Below, one piece after another: positions 55,801-64,000 of a stretch of 64,000 bases of DNA. The notes under the pieces were generated by a model that was given only the letters and a program-made list of their open reading frames with translations, ran no database searches and was not told the origin of the DNA. Source of the stretch: Pseudomonadota bacterium (lineage in GTDB: Bacteria > Myxococcota > JACRCW01 > JAFGSX01); the NCBI GenBank assembly GCA_043821645.1, contig JBDRCO010000043.1:32001-96000 (forward strand), given 5' to 3'. Both the position numbers and the translations under genes were made by a program. Position 1 is the first letter of the stretch. Each line of letters opens with the position of its first letter.

Positions 55801-56314
55801 CCCCGGGCCTGGGCTCGACAACCTGCTCGGCAGGCTTCTGCTCGATGGCTTGCTCGGTGGGCTGCTGCGCGACGGTCTGCGCGGCAGGCTTTTGCTGCTG
55901 GGCGTCGAGTTCCTTCTTCTGGGCGAGCAGGTTGAGGGCGCCGGTCTTCTTCGGCAGTTCGGGCGCCTTGCCCTTGTTCTCCTCGGCGAAGTTCTGGACC
56001 ACCTCACCCTGCGCGGCGAGGCCGGTCTTCTGCTCGACGCTCTTGTCGTCGAGCTTGCGCTGGCCGACCTCGGGCAAGCGCAGCTGATCGCCGGGGTAGA
56101 GCCGGTCCGGGTTGGGCACCTGCGGATTGAGGTCCGCGATCTCGCCCCAGCGCTGGGCGTCGCCGAGCTTGCTCTCGGCGAGGTTCCACAGGGTGTCGCC
56201 CGCCTCGACCGTGTGCAGTTCGCCAGGTCCCTCGGGCGCCGGGCCGTTGGGCGACTCGAACTGGGTCTGCTTGGGCTGAACCTGCTGGACGCTGGGACCT
56301 GTGACCTTGCCCAT
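52883..56314 (-). CDS. LysM domain / helical repeats / Gln-rich / four annexin repeats protein
   Basis: HTVEAGDTLWNLA...WGEIADLNPQV.NPDRLYPGDQL LysM; four L.KA..G..GTDE..F..L....Y...YGRDL..DL..ELSG repeats; GGAGGG RBS. Confidence 0.85.
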   Translation of the reverse strand: MGKVTGPSVQQVQPKQTQFESPNGPAPEGPGELHTVEAGDTLWNLAESKLGDAQRWGEIADLNPQVPNPDRLYPGDQLRLPEVGQRKLDDKSVEQKTGLAAQGEVVQNFAEENKGKAPELPKKTGALNLLAQKKELDAQQQKPAAQTVAQQPTEQAIEQKPAEQVVEPRPGDLPVDKPSSPVVDASMTAAIDQLKKTPQPISGEAMKTCIVDGSKDLDNAAASTEYQQLAGFAKNNWDKLSPDAKATFRVYSNAAKKAHKEGLTGIPTDRYDKMVADMGKAGYLDETAGAAVENLREHKKPISGEAMHQAITDVEGDTDPALARNCHKDLKRFVGRNMDKLSPEAQAKWQVYDDFMKKAPKGEGASISDDSWQKMMDGLGAPDAAPATKGALPVDKPSTKPSEPPVDPKAALAELQQQADAVGANDRFLSLAQRVLDPSSEGGKAITGKEAREIVDNLKSVPAKEQAALKDNFLYALQNNGIALRPEAHATLSAFLGVKPDALPPAVPKPGAPVAQDSAPVDKPSTKPSVEPSQSQGLDPNFDWGNVPVDARSPELQQAIGELMAQAQGAPAQPLAEQQAIQQMMQAQQDMAAQMNGQVPSQLDPESAMLAQQMGMKPPLSFEDQMFLMQMKYAANQEQEILQQMNALAGGQGAAPQGPGQQSPSATPGYNPAAQSNPAASQMSPEMMQYMQQMAQQQAAIAQGQPGAQLPPSPIGEQAQQDVEQVMMNLQGAIQAFEDPNSEGGEMIALGEMQQLISIARQLPPEMQQALKAEAYQAAVQEGGLTPEAFQALMTYVNEAPGQTPTQTRPGELPVDKPVDSTQQAEGDDEQQARFDPAAEAATLRKAVRGFGTDEDAIFKALDGKTPEQAQAIRQAYQDMYGRDLEADLKGDLSGADERRALAMLNGDAVQADVEALRKAMDGNYGVKLGTDEDAIFKTLEGKSPEHLAAVQQAYQDATGKPLQHDLTSELSGAELKRANEGLQGNNAGAAAMALNQAMKGNDGLKMGTDEEGLFKALESVPPGAMPAVSQEYMRLTGRDLATDLKGELSGQDEARAMALMQGDRASADASVLYKAMKGNYGFKPGTDEDTLFKLLEGSNRQQRGEILQAYQQAYNRDLIEDLRSELSFGDEDRALKALFAQD

Positions 56315-56569
56315 GGATAACCCTCCGGCTGCACAACACACTCGCGGATCGCACGCCTGTTCAGACGTCCATTACCTTATACATGGAGCCGGAGCTTTGG
56401 CGCGATCTCGGCAGCACCCCCCCACGGTCATCGTGCAAACGTGGACCTGCTGTCCACCTTCGCGTAATGTAAGCGCTATCTGCCGTGCGCTCGGCGTCCG
56501 CCTGCGGGGCCCCGGGCGGCCAGGCACGCGCTGAGGGCTGCTCGCCTGGAGCCCCTCCCGGGAGGCATC

Positions 56570-58030
56570 GTGACCCGACTGGCCATGCCATCATTTCGCG
56601 TCCTGCTTGCGCTGCTCGTCAGCTGTGGCCTGGTGCAGCTGGCACCCATGGCGGCGACCACAGCCCAGGCTTCAAGCCTGATGCCACTGGCGGATCTGGG
56701 TGCGGCCGTCGCCGGCAAGCGCAAGAAGAAGGCAAAGAAGAAAAAGGCGAAGAAGAAGAAGAAGAAAGACAAGGCGCCGACGCCGCCCGCGGCCGTGCCA
56801 AGCACCTCGGTGGCGATCCTGCCCTTCGATGGCGATGGCGGTGGGCAGACCATGGCCGGGCAGGTGCAGGGCGCGATCACCACCATGGCCGCGGCCGATG
56901 GCTACCAGATGGACATTGCCCTCGCCCCGGGTTCGGGCCGCTACCAGCCGCCCTCGGTCAAGGCCGCGATGGCCGCCACCGGAGCCCACGCCCTGGTGCG
57001 CGGCATGGGTGTGCGCGACAGCGACCGGGTCGAGGTCAAGGTCTTTGCCTACTCACCCGACGGTGTGCTGCGCTTTGCCAAGCTGTACACGGCACCTCCT
57101 GGCGAGGTCGACGCGCTGGCCCTGGCCCCGGCGATCGCCCGGGACCTCGACGGGGTGCTGCCCACACTCGCCAGCCGGCCGCCGGTGACCGGAGCCGACG
57201 CCGAGCCCCTGGCCCTGCCTGCCCCGACGCCCGTCGTCACCACCCCAACCCCGACCACCACCACGACGCCAGCGCCGGCCAAGACCGAGCCAACCTCCAC
57301 CGAGAACACCGCGCGCAGCACGCCGCTGTTCGCCATCGGCCTCGGCTTCGACACCCTGTACTGGAGCTACGACCTGCACTCGGCGCAGCTGGTGAGCACG
57401 GTCAACTGGCACCCGCTGGATCCCTACTTCGGCGGCTCGCTGAACCTGGCGCTGTGGCCCATCGAATGGGTGGGGGTGGACCTCGCCGTGCACGGCGGTC
57501 TGCGCAGCTACAGCGTCGATTTGCCGGTGGACCAGTCCGAGATCAGCCTCACCGCGCTCAGCGCCGAGCTCAACCTGCGCGGTCGCTACGTGTTCGGCTT
57601 CGGCGTCGGCGTGGGCGCACACCTGGGCTACCGCTACGACGGCAGCTTCGTCAGCGAGCAGACCCCGGTGGTGGTGGCGCCCGGCTTCGGCGCGCACCAG
57701 GTCAGCCCGGGGCTCGATCTGTACATCACGGCGCTGGCCCCGCTGCTCAGCGCGCGGCTGTCCGCCGACGTCGTGCCCTGGGGGTTGTACGGTGAGTCGC
57801 CCGACCAGCCTGGCGCCAGCGCGTCGATGTGGGGCTGGCGCGTCGACGGCGCCCTACGCTCGACCTTCTTCATGGGAATCTTTGCCGAGCTGAGGCTGTT
57901 TTACGGGAACAGCTACGTGACCTACAGCGGCGCGGGCAAGCGCACCAACTTCGACGGGGCAGCCATCACCGATGGCGAGGTGGTCAACGGTCTGCGCGGG
58001 CTCAGCCTGGGCCTGGGATGGTCGCTGTGA
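56570..58030 (+). CDS. Secreted protein with poly-Lys tract and C-terminal outer-membrane beta-barrel
   Basis: Signal peptide, KRKKKAKKKKAKKKKKK, VAILPFDG alpha/beta domain, Pro/Thr linker, strands ending LSLGLGWSL. Confidence 0.7.
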   Translation: MTRLAMPSFRVLLALLVSCGLVQLAPMAATTAQASSLMPLADLGAAVAGKRKKKAKKKKAKKKKKKDKAPTPPAAVPSTSVAILPFDGDGGGQTMAGQVQGAITTMAAADGYQMDIALAPGSGRYQPPSVKAAMAATGAHALVRGMGVRDSDRVEVKVFAYSPDGVLRFAKLYTAPPGEVDALALAPAIARDLDGVLPTLASRPPVTGADAEPLALPAPTPVVTTPTPTTTTTPAPAKTEPTSTENTARSTPLFAIGLGFDTLYWSYDLHSAQLVSTVNWHPLDPYFGGSLNLALWPIEWVGVDLAVHGGLRSYSVDLPVDQSEISLTALSAELNLRGRYVFGFGVGVGAHLGYRYDGSFVSEQTPVVVAPGFGAHQVSPGLDLYITALAPLLSARLSADVVPWGLYGESPDQPGASASMWGWRVDGALRSTFFMGIFAELRLFYGNSYVTYSGAGKRTNFDGAAITDGEVVNGLRGLSLGLGWSL

Positions 58031-58049
58031 CGACGAGGATGGATCGCTG

Positions 58050-59759
58050 GTGAAGCACTGCCACTCGACACCTCGACGCGCTCTCGTTTCCTGGATGCTC
58101 CCGCTTGTGGCCTGCGCCTGCGCCACCACGGACGCGGCTCAGCCGGTCGACCCGGCGCCGCTGTCCAGGGTGGCCGCCGCGCCAGAGATCGCCGCCAGCG
58201 CACCGTCGAGCGCGCCTGACGCGCCCGCCGTCGACGAGGCCCCGAGCGCAGCAGCGAACGCCGATCCTGTCACCGCCTCCAGCGCACCCACCCACGACAA
58301 CCTGGGCGCACCCGACGACGTCACCAGCGCGCAGCCCGGTGACCTGGCCGGGACCGTCCGCGACGAAGACGAGCCCATCGACGACGGCGAACCCGCGACC
58401 GAAGGCGACGAGGTTGACGACGATGCCGTGGTGCTCGAGGGCGCTCCCGAGACCCTGGACATGGCGGTCTCGGCCACGATGTCGCACCACGATCTTGCGG
58501 CCGGCGATTTTGACATTCCCGTCGTCGATCACCCGCGGGTCGACAAGTGGATGACCTACTTCACCGGCCCCGGGGCGCGGCGCTTTCGAACCTGGCTCGA
58601 GCGCCTGACGCGCTACGAGCCCTTGATGCGGCCCATGCTGCGCGAGCGCGGTCTGCCCGAGGACACCATCTACCTGGCGCTCATCGAGAGCGGACTGTCC
58701 CCGCGCGCCTACTCGCGGGCACGCGCCTCGGGCTACTGGCAGTTCATCGAACGCACCGGCGCCGCCTACGGGCTGCACGACGACTTCTGGGTCGACCAGC
58801 GTCGAGATCCGGTGCGCGCCACCGACGCCGCGGCACGCCACCTCAAGGACCTGTACGACGAGTTCGGCCACTGGCACCTGGCCTGGGCCGCCTACAACGC
58901 TGGCGCGGGAAAGATCCGCGAGGCCATCCGGCGCTACGAGACCCGCGACTTCTTCGAGCTCATCGAGCACCCCTACCTGCGGCCCGAGACCAAGGACTAC
59001 GTGCCCAAGCTCATCGCCGCGGCGCGCATCGCCAAGCACCCCGAGCGCTACGGCTTCACCGACATCCCGACGCTGCCGGCCTACGCCCATGCCACCATCG
59101 ACGTCGGTGACGCCACCGATCTGGGGCTGGTGGCCGAGGGCTGCGGCGTCGACATGGAGCTGCTGGTCGAGCTCAATCCCGAGCTCAAGCGCTGGGCCAC
59201 GCCACCCCGCGAGCGCGGCCAGCCCGGCTACCAGGTGCGCGTGCCGCCAGGCCTGGGCGAGCGCTGCCAGCAGGCTCTCGATGCCGTACCCCTGAACAAG
59301 CGGCTGACCTTCCGCCATCATCGCGTGCGCTCGGGTGAGGTACCGGGCCAGATCGCCCGTCGCTACGGCATCAGCCTGGCCACCATGATGCGCATGAACA
59401 AGGTACGCGACGCGCGACGCCTGCGCGTGGGTCAGGACCTGCTCATCCCCATCCCGGCCAGGGTTCCCGAGCGCATGTTCCGCGAGCACCGCGTGCTGCA
59501 GCGCCCCGGTGACGACGGAGAAAAAAAGAAACCGCGCACTGCCGTGGCCAAGCCGCGCGCCCCCAAGCCACCTCCCAGACCCGTGGCGCCGCCTCCGGGC
59601 ACGCACCCGGCGACCCACGTCATCGCCTCTGGCGACAGCCTGTGGACGGTGGCCCAGCGCTACAAGGTCTCGGTCGCGGACCTGCGGGCCTGGAATCACC
59701 TCAAGAAGAACGCCATCCTGCAGCCCGGGCAGGCGCTCACGGTGCATGTCCCGGATTGA
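58050..59759 (+). CDS. mltD: MltD-like lytic transglycosylase lipoprotein with LysM domains
   Basis: LPEDTIYLALIESG, ASGYWQF, AAYNAGAG, ETKDYVPK; LysM HRVRSGE and HVIASGDSLW. Confidence 0.88.
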   Translation: MKHCHSTPRRALVSWMLPLVACACATTDAAQPVDPAPLSRVAAAPEIAASAPSSAPDAPAVDEAPSAAANADPVTASSAPTHDNLGAPDDVTSAQPGDLAGTVRDEDEPIDDGEPATEGDEVDDDAVVLEGAPETLDMAVSATMSHHDLAAGDFDIPVVDHPRVDKWMTYFTGPGARRFRTWLERLTRYEPLMRPMLRERGLPEDTIYLALIESGLSPRAYSRARASGYWQFIERTGAAYGLHDDFWVDQRRDPVRATDAAARHLKDLYDEFGHWHLAWAAYNAGAGKIREAIRRYETRDFFELIEHPYLRPETKDYVPKLIAAARIAKHPERYGFTDIPTLPAYAHATIDVGDATDLGLVAEGCGVDMELLVELNPELKRWATPPRERGQPGYQVRVPPGLGERCQQALDAVPLNKRLTFRHHRVRSGEVPGQIARRYGISLATMMRMNKVRDARRLRVGQDLLIPIPARVPERMFREHRVLQRPGDDGEKKKPRTAVAKPRAPKPPPRPVAPPPGTHPATHVIASGDSLWTVAQRYKVSVADLRAWNHLKKNAILQPGQALTVHVPD

Positions 59760-59834
59760 GCGTCGCGCGCCGGCATCGCGAATCCCTGAAGTGTGAAGAA
59801 GAACCCATCGCTCGCCTCGGCAGACGAGATCGGT

Positions 59835-60875
59835 TCAGCGCTCCTCGGTCTCGTCGCTGCTGTAGGCGATGCGCCGGCGCTCGGACACGCGCTGGCCGAT
59901 GTACTTGAGCATGCGCTCCAGCCCCTGGCCGGTGACCGCGCTGATGGCGAAGAAGGTGTGGCCATCGTCTTCGACCGCCTGGCGCAAGTGGCTGGCCAGC
60001 ACCTCGCCGTCGTCGAGCTCGCACTTGCTCAACAGCACCACCTGCTCGAGCCGATCCAGGCCTTCGCCGTAGGCCGCCAGCTCGCCGCAAATGGTGCGGT
60101 AGTCGGCTGCCGGATCGCGCTCGACCTCGGGGCTGGCCTCGACCAGGTGCACGATCAGGCCCACGCGCTCGATGTGGCGCAGGAAGCGATGGCCCAGGCC
60201 ATGGCCCTCGGAGGCGCCAGCGATCAAGCCCGGAATGTCGGCGACCACGAAGCTCAGGTCGTCGCCGACGCTCACCACACCCAGGTTTGGGGTCAGGGTG
60301 GTAAAGGGATAGTCCGCGATCTTGGGCTTGGCCGCCGTGATGCGGGCAATGAGCGTGGACTTGCCGGCGTTGGGCATGCCCACCAGACCGACATCGGCGA
60401 GCAGCTTGAGCACCAGGCGGATGCGCAGGTTTTCGCCGGGCAGGCCGGGGTTGGCAAAGTCTGGAGCCTGCCGGGTGGGGGTGGCGAAGTGCTGGTTGCC
60501 CCAGCCGCCGTTACCACCGCGGGCCACCACGAAGCGCGCGTCGTGCGCCACCAGGTCGGCCAGGATCTCGCCGGTGTCGTCGTTGAGCACGGTGGTGCCC
60601 GGGGGCACCTTGACCACGCGGTCCGCGCCGGAGTGGCCGCTGCACTGCATGCCCTGACCCGGCCGGCCGTGCTCGGCGCGCTGGTGCGGGTGGTAGTAAA
60701 GATCGAGCAAGGTGCCGATCTGCGGCTCGACCAGCAGCACCACATCGCCACCCCGGCCGCCATCGCCACCGTCGGGACCTCCGCGCGGTACGTTGGCCTC
60801 GCGACGAAACGACGCCGAGCCGTTGCCGCCGTCTCCGGCGCGCACGTGCAGCACGACTTCGTCCATGAATTGCAT
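59835..60875 (-). CDS. obgE: GTPase ObgE
   Basis: AGDGGNG..SFRRE..VPRGGPDGGDGG, LLADVGLVGMPNAGKST, YPFTTL, DIPGLI. Confidence 0.97.
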   Translation of the reverse strand: MQFMDEVVLHVRAGDGGNGSASFRREANVPRGGPDGGDGGRGGDVVLLVEPQIGTLLDLYYHPHQRAEHGRPGQGMQCSGHSGADRVVKVPPGTTVLNDDTGEILADLVAHDARFVVARGGNGGWGNQHFATPTRQAPDFANPGLPGENLRIRLVLKLLADVGLVGMPNAGKSTLIARITAAKPKIADYPFTTLTPNLGVVSVGDDLSFVVADIPGLIAGASEGHGLGHRFLRHIERVGLIVHLVEASPEVERDPAADYRTICGELAAYGEGLDRLEQVVLLSKCELDDGEVLASHLRQAVEDDGHTFFAISAVTGQGLERMLKYIGQRVSERRRIAYSSDETEER

Positions 60876-60931
60876 GGTGGTGTGGGTGGCGGTGCCTCGG
60901 GGAACCGCTGCGATCGGTGACGGGCGGTCGA

Positions 60932-61192
60932 TCAGTCGGCGGCGGGCAGCACCACGGCGCGCGTTCGATCGCGACCCGCGCGCTGGTAGCGCACCACGCC
61001 GTCGATCAGGGCAAACAGCGTGAAGTCCCGCCCCAGACCCACGTTGCGACCCGGGTGGATCAGGGTGCCCAGCTGCCGCACCAGGATGTTGCCAGCCTTG
61101 ACGGTCTGGCCGTCGCCACACTTGAGACCTCGAAACTTGGGCTGCGAATCACGACCGTTGCGCGACGAACCCTGACCTTTTTTATGAGCCAT
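60932..61192 (-). CDS. rpmA: 50S ribosomal protein L27
   Basis: [16 protein letters not shown]...GNILVRQ.GT..HPG.NVG.GRD.TLFAL. Confidence 0.98.
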   Translation of the reverse strand: MAHKKGQGSSRNGRDSQPKFRGLKCGDGQTVKAGNILVRQLGTLIHPGRNVGLGRDFTLFALIDGVVRYQRAGRDRTRAVVLPAAD

Positions 61193-61292
61193 CGGGGACC
61201 TCCAGCGGCGAGGGATTCCACCTCTTCCGCGTTACCAGGGGAACCTCTGTGGGTCCCGGCCTGGTCCAGGCGCACAGGCGCCGTTGACGTCG

Positions 61293-61601
61293 TCAGCCCT
61301 TGATACCGGTGATCTTGACCTCGGTGAAGGGCTGGCGATGGCCCATCTGCTTGTGGAAGCCCTTGCACTTGCGCTTGTAGACCAGGATCTTCTTGCCACG
61401 GCCGTGGCGGGCGATCTCGCCCTGGACCTGCGCGCCGGCGACCACGGGCTGGCCGATCTTGGGCTCGCCCTCGCCGCCGGTCATGAGGACCTGCTCGAAC
61501 ACGACCTTGTTGCCGACGTCACCCTCGAGCTGCTCGAGGCGCACGAGGTCACCCTCGCTGACGCGGTGTTGCTTGCCACCAGATGCGAAGACAGCGTACA
61601 T
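61293..61601 (-). CDS. rplU: 50S ribosomal protein L21
   Basis: MYAV..SGGKQ.RV..GD, GHRQPFTEVKI; rplU-rpmA-obgE order. Confidence 0.97.
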   Translation of the reverse strand: MYAVFASGGKQHRVSEGDLVRLEQLEGDVGNKVVFEQVLMTGGEGEPKIGQPVVAGAQVQGEIARHGRGKKILVYKRKCKGFHKQMGHRQPFTEVKITGIKG

Positions 61602-61652
61602 GAGTCACCTCTTTGGCCCCGGACGCGATCTCCAGGGGGGTGTGAGCCGCCC

Positions 61653-61681
61653 TGAATACTGATCCGGCTGTCAGCTGTCAA
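61653..61681 (-). promoter_or_regulatory. sigma70-type promoter of rplU operon
   Basis: TTGACA-17 nt-TATTCA on minus strand. Confidence 0.6.
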
Positions 61682-61743
61682 GGAGTGGGTTACATAGAAA
61701 GATTGATTGCGAGCGGGAACCCCTTTTTTGTGAGTTCGAAATC

Positions 61744-61956
61744 ATGCGCACGATACTCTCTGCCCTGGTCCTGGGCCTGACCCTGGCCTGCGGTGGCAGC
61801 CCTCCGGCCGACCACACCGAGGCCCACGGCCCTTATCTGCACAAGCCGGGCGGCCAGCAGGCGCGCGATAACTGCGTCGCGTGTCATGGCCAGGATCTCA
61901 AGGGTGGCGACCAGGCCCCCTCGTGCCTGTCCTGCCACGGCCAGACCTGGCAGTAG
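61744..61956 (+). CDS. Miniature diheme cytochrome c lipoprotein
   Basis: Lipobox LTLAC; CVACH and CLSCH heme-binding motifs. Confidence 0.8.
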   Translation: MRTILSALVLGLTLACGGSPPADHTEAHGPYLHKPGGQQARDNCVACHGQDLKGGDQAPSCLSCHGQTWQ

Positions 61957-61973
61957 GGCGCGGCGCGCCGGGT

Positions 61974-64000
61974 TCAGCGCTCGGTGGTCGAGCCCTCGGC
62001 ACGGGCGACACCCGTGGCAACAAGACCCGCCACCGTCGCCAGCTTGAGCGCACACAGCACGCCGGCGGTGCCCACCGCACCCAGCACAGGCAGGCCGATG
62101 AGGCCGGTGAGCAGTGCCCCCACAGCGGCGCCACCGCAGTCCGCAGCGTCTATCCAGCCCGCCACACGCCCGGGCGCTCCGCGCAGACAGGCGGCCGCGG
62201 CCACGAAGCTGAGTCCCACGCCGGTGCCACCCAGAGCCAGCGCGACGCCTAGCAGCAGGGCGCTGGGCACAGGAGCCAGGCCCGCGCTCACCACCATGAC
62301 GCCACCCAGGGCCGCGGCCAGGGCACCGTTGAGCAGCTCGCTGCCGAGCAGCACGCGCCCGGGGAGGCGAAGGCCCGAGCGCAGCAGCCGCTCACCCAGC
62401 AGGCTGCCGGTGGCGAGGCCCAGCATGAACAGGCCCACCAGGGCCGCCAGGGCGGTGTACAGCACACCCACCCTGTTCTGAAAGGCGTACACCAGGGCCA
62501 CCGCCTCGGCGGTACCGAGCAGCCCAGTGGTCGCGATGGCGAACAGTGGTGCCCGCGCCCGGGCCGCGCTCGAGGGCCGTCGGCGTCGCCACAGCGCCAT
62601 TCCGAGCCCACCCAGCAGCAGGCCAGCGACCAGCCAGGCCGCATGCAGGCCGCGCAGAGCGTGCAGCGCCGTGGCCAGCCAGGGCGCGCTGCGGTGGCCG
62701 AGCAGGATCAGGTTGTAAAAGTAGGTCGCGGGCTGCAGATCGGTATTGGCCGGGACCTCGGACGCGCGCAGCATCGCGTCGAGGGCGCGCTGGCGGTCTG
62801 GCGGCAGCAGCAGCGGCAGCTCGTCGACAGAAAAGTAGTCGCTGTGCAGACCGCGAGCGCGCAGGCGCTGCTGCAAGACCTGCGGCTGTGCCGAGACCAC
62901 CTCGTCGCTGTCGCTGGCGGCCAGGAGGGCCTCGGATCCTGGAATCACCGTGCAGTGCGCAAAGGCCTGGCACAGCGCCTTGTAGGTTGCAGCCGCCGGG
63001 CTGACCGAGGCGTCCCCCAGGTAGGCATCCGCCGCAGCAGCGCGCACCACCAGCACCCCTCCAGGCTCCAGGATGCGGCCAAGCTCTGTGAAAAACTCCA
63101 AGGTAAACGCGCGGTTAAGCATGGCGCTTGTTGGATCCGGCACATCTACCAGCGCCAGGTCGTAGCGCAGCTCGGTCGCCCGCACGAAGCGACGCGCATC
63201 CAGGCCACGCAGGGTCAAGCGCGGATCTGCAAGCGCAGCCCGCGCCTCCTCGGGCAGCTCACTGCGCAGCAGATCCAGCACGGCCGGATCCAGATCCAGG
63301 TAGTCGAGCTGGCTCAGACCATGGTCCAGGGCTTCGCCTGGAGCGCCGGGCAGGCCGCCTCCCACCACCAGCACGCGGCGGGGGCGCGGGTGCTGGGCCA
63401 GGGCCAGGTGAATCAGCGGCGCCTGGGTATAGGGATCGGGCACGGTCCAGGCGTGCTGGCCACTGGCAAACAGGCTCACGCTCTCGCGACTGCCCCGCGC
63501 GGCATCGGCCACACCGGCCAGCACCAGATTCTGGTAGGGGGAGTCGAGCTCGCGCAGCCGGCTGTAGCCGGGGCCGTAGTCCGCAAAGCGCCGCTCCCGG
63601 CTGAACTCGCCCAGGGTCTCGGGCGCACCCCACAGGGTGACCAGCCCACCTGCCACGGCCGTGAGGGCGAGCAGCACGGACACGCCACGATGCCTCAGCA
63701 ACCAGGATGCCAGCGCCGCGCAGGCCAGGACCAGCAGCCCGCCCACGGCCAGCGACAGCTCCACGCCGAGCCGCGGCAGGGCTAGCAGCGACAGCGCGAG
63801 CCCCATGGCCAGACAGGCCAGCGCCTCGGCGGCCAGCACCGTGGACAGCGGGCGCTGTGGCCGCCCGGGCGTCACCGGCCACAGCGCGCACAGGCACGGG
63901 AACAAGGCGCCCAGCAGCGCACTCATGGGCAGCACGGCCACGCAGCACAGGGCGACCAGGGCGCCTGGGCCCAGCACTTCACCCGGGATCACCCCGGCCA
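61974..64000 (-). CDS. Membrane-fused spermidine synthase-like protein (5' truncated by window)
   Basis: DSPYQN, RRVLVVGGG, LDLDP, DARRFV, YDL.LVD.PDP, F.LEF; flanking TM helices. Confidence 0.8.
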   Translation of the reverse strand, partial: AGVIPGEVLGPGALVALCCVAVLPMSALLGALFPCLCALWPVTPGRPQRPLSTVLAAEALACLAMGLALSLLALPRLGVELSLAVGGLLVLACAALASWLLRHRGVSVLLALTAVAGGLVTLWGAPETLGEFSRERRFADYGPGYSRLRELDSPYQNLVLAGVADAARGSRESVSLFASGQHAWTVPDPYTQAPLIHLALAQHPRPRRVLVVGGGLPGAPGEALDHGLSQLDYLDLDPAVLDLLRSELPEEARAALADPRLTLRGLDARRFVRATELRYDLALVDVPDPTSAMLNRAFTLEFFTELGRILEPGGVLVVRAAAADAYLGDASVSPAAATYKALCQAFAHCTVIPGSEALLAASDSDEVVSAQPQVLQQRLRARGLHSDYFSVDELPLLLPPDRQRALDAMLRASEVPANTDLQPATYFYNLILLGHRSAPWLATALHALRGLHAAWLVAGLLLGGLGMALWRRRRPSSAARARAPLFAIATTGLLGTAEAVALVYAFQNRVGVLYTALAALVGLFMLGLATGSLLGERLLRSGLRLPGRVLLGSELLNGALAAALGGVMVVSAGLAPVPSALLLGVALALGGTGVGLSFVAAAACLRGAPGRVAGWIDAADCGGAAVGALLTGLIGLPVLGAVGTAGVLCALKLATVAGLVATGVARAEGSTTER

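Noticed and set aside
56398-56413. TGGCGCGATCTCGGCA as a sigma54 promoter
   Set aside because: GG-N10-GC is frequent at this GC content; weak -12, far from the start codon, no enhancer pair
61193-61292. rplU-rpmA intergenic region as ncRNA or prp gene
   Set aside because: Too short for Prp, L27 lacks the N-terminal extension, and no convincing conserved structure is visible

Overview
High-GC chromosomal window from a Myxococcota/Deltaproteobacteria-like organism (inferred from the Geobacter-type PutA, many Cys-rich lipoproteins, FHA-TPR and vWA/VIT proteins). TGA is used as a normal stop in most genes. Housekeeping genes: gatA (3' end), gatB, mtnA, putA, add, plsC, an mltD-like gene, obgE, rpmA and rplU. 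These surround a TatT-DctP-acyl-CoA ligase-DctQM (TPAT) operon, a sigma54 two-component locus and many secreted proteins. No rRNA, tRNA, CRISPR array or mobile element was seen. Top finding: a small gene split by the ORF track (46996-47337, minus strand). It has two in-frame UGA codons, one internal (SGG-U-GS) and one terminal (GGS-U-TAA). Each UGA is followed by a SECIS-like hairpin with GGU at positions 22-24, the same register as the E. coli fdhF SECIS, which suggests a new two-selenocysteine protein. Other highlights: two tandem signal-peptide-less bacterial annexin proteins (one LysM plus a full four-repeat annexin core) that share a 46-aa N-terminal motif, and a sigma54 regulon readable from the DNA, with three -24/-12 promoters and paired CGAC-N6-GTCG enhancer palindromes. 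All calls were made by eye; no database searches were run.
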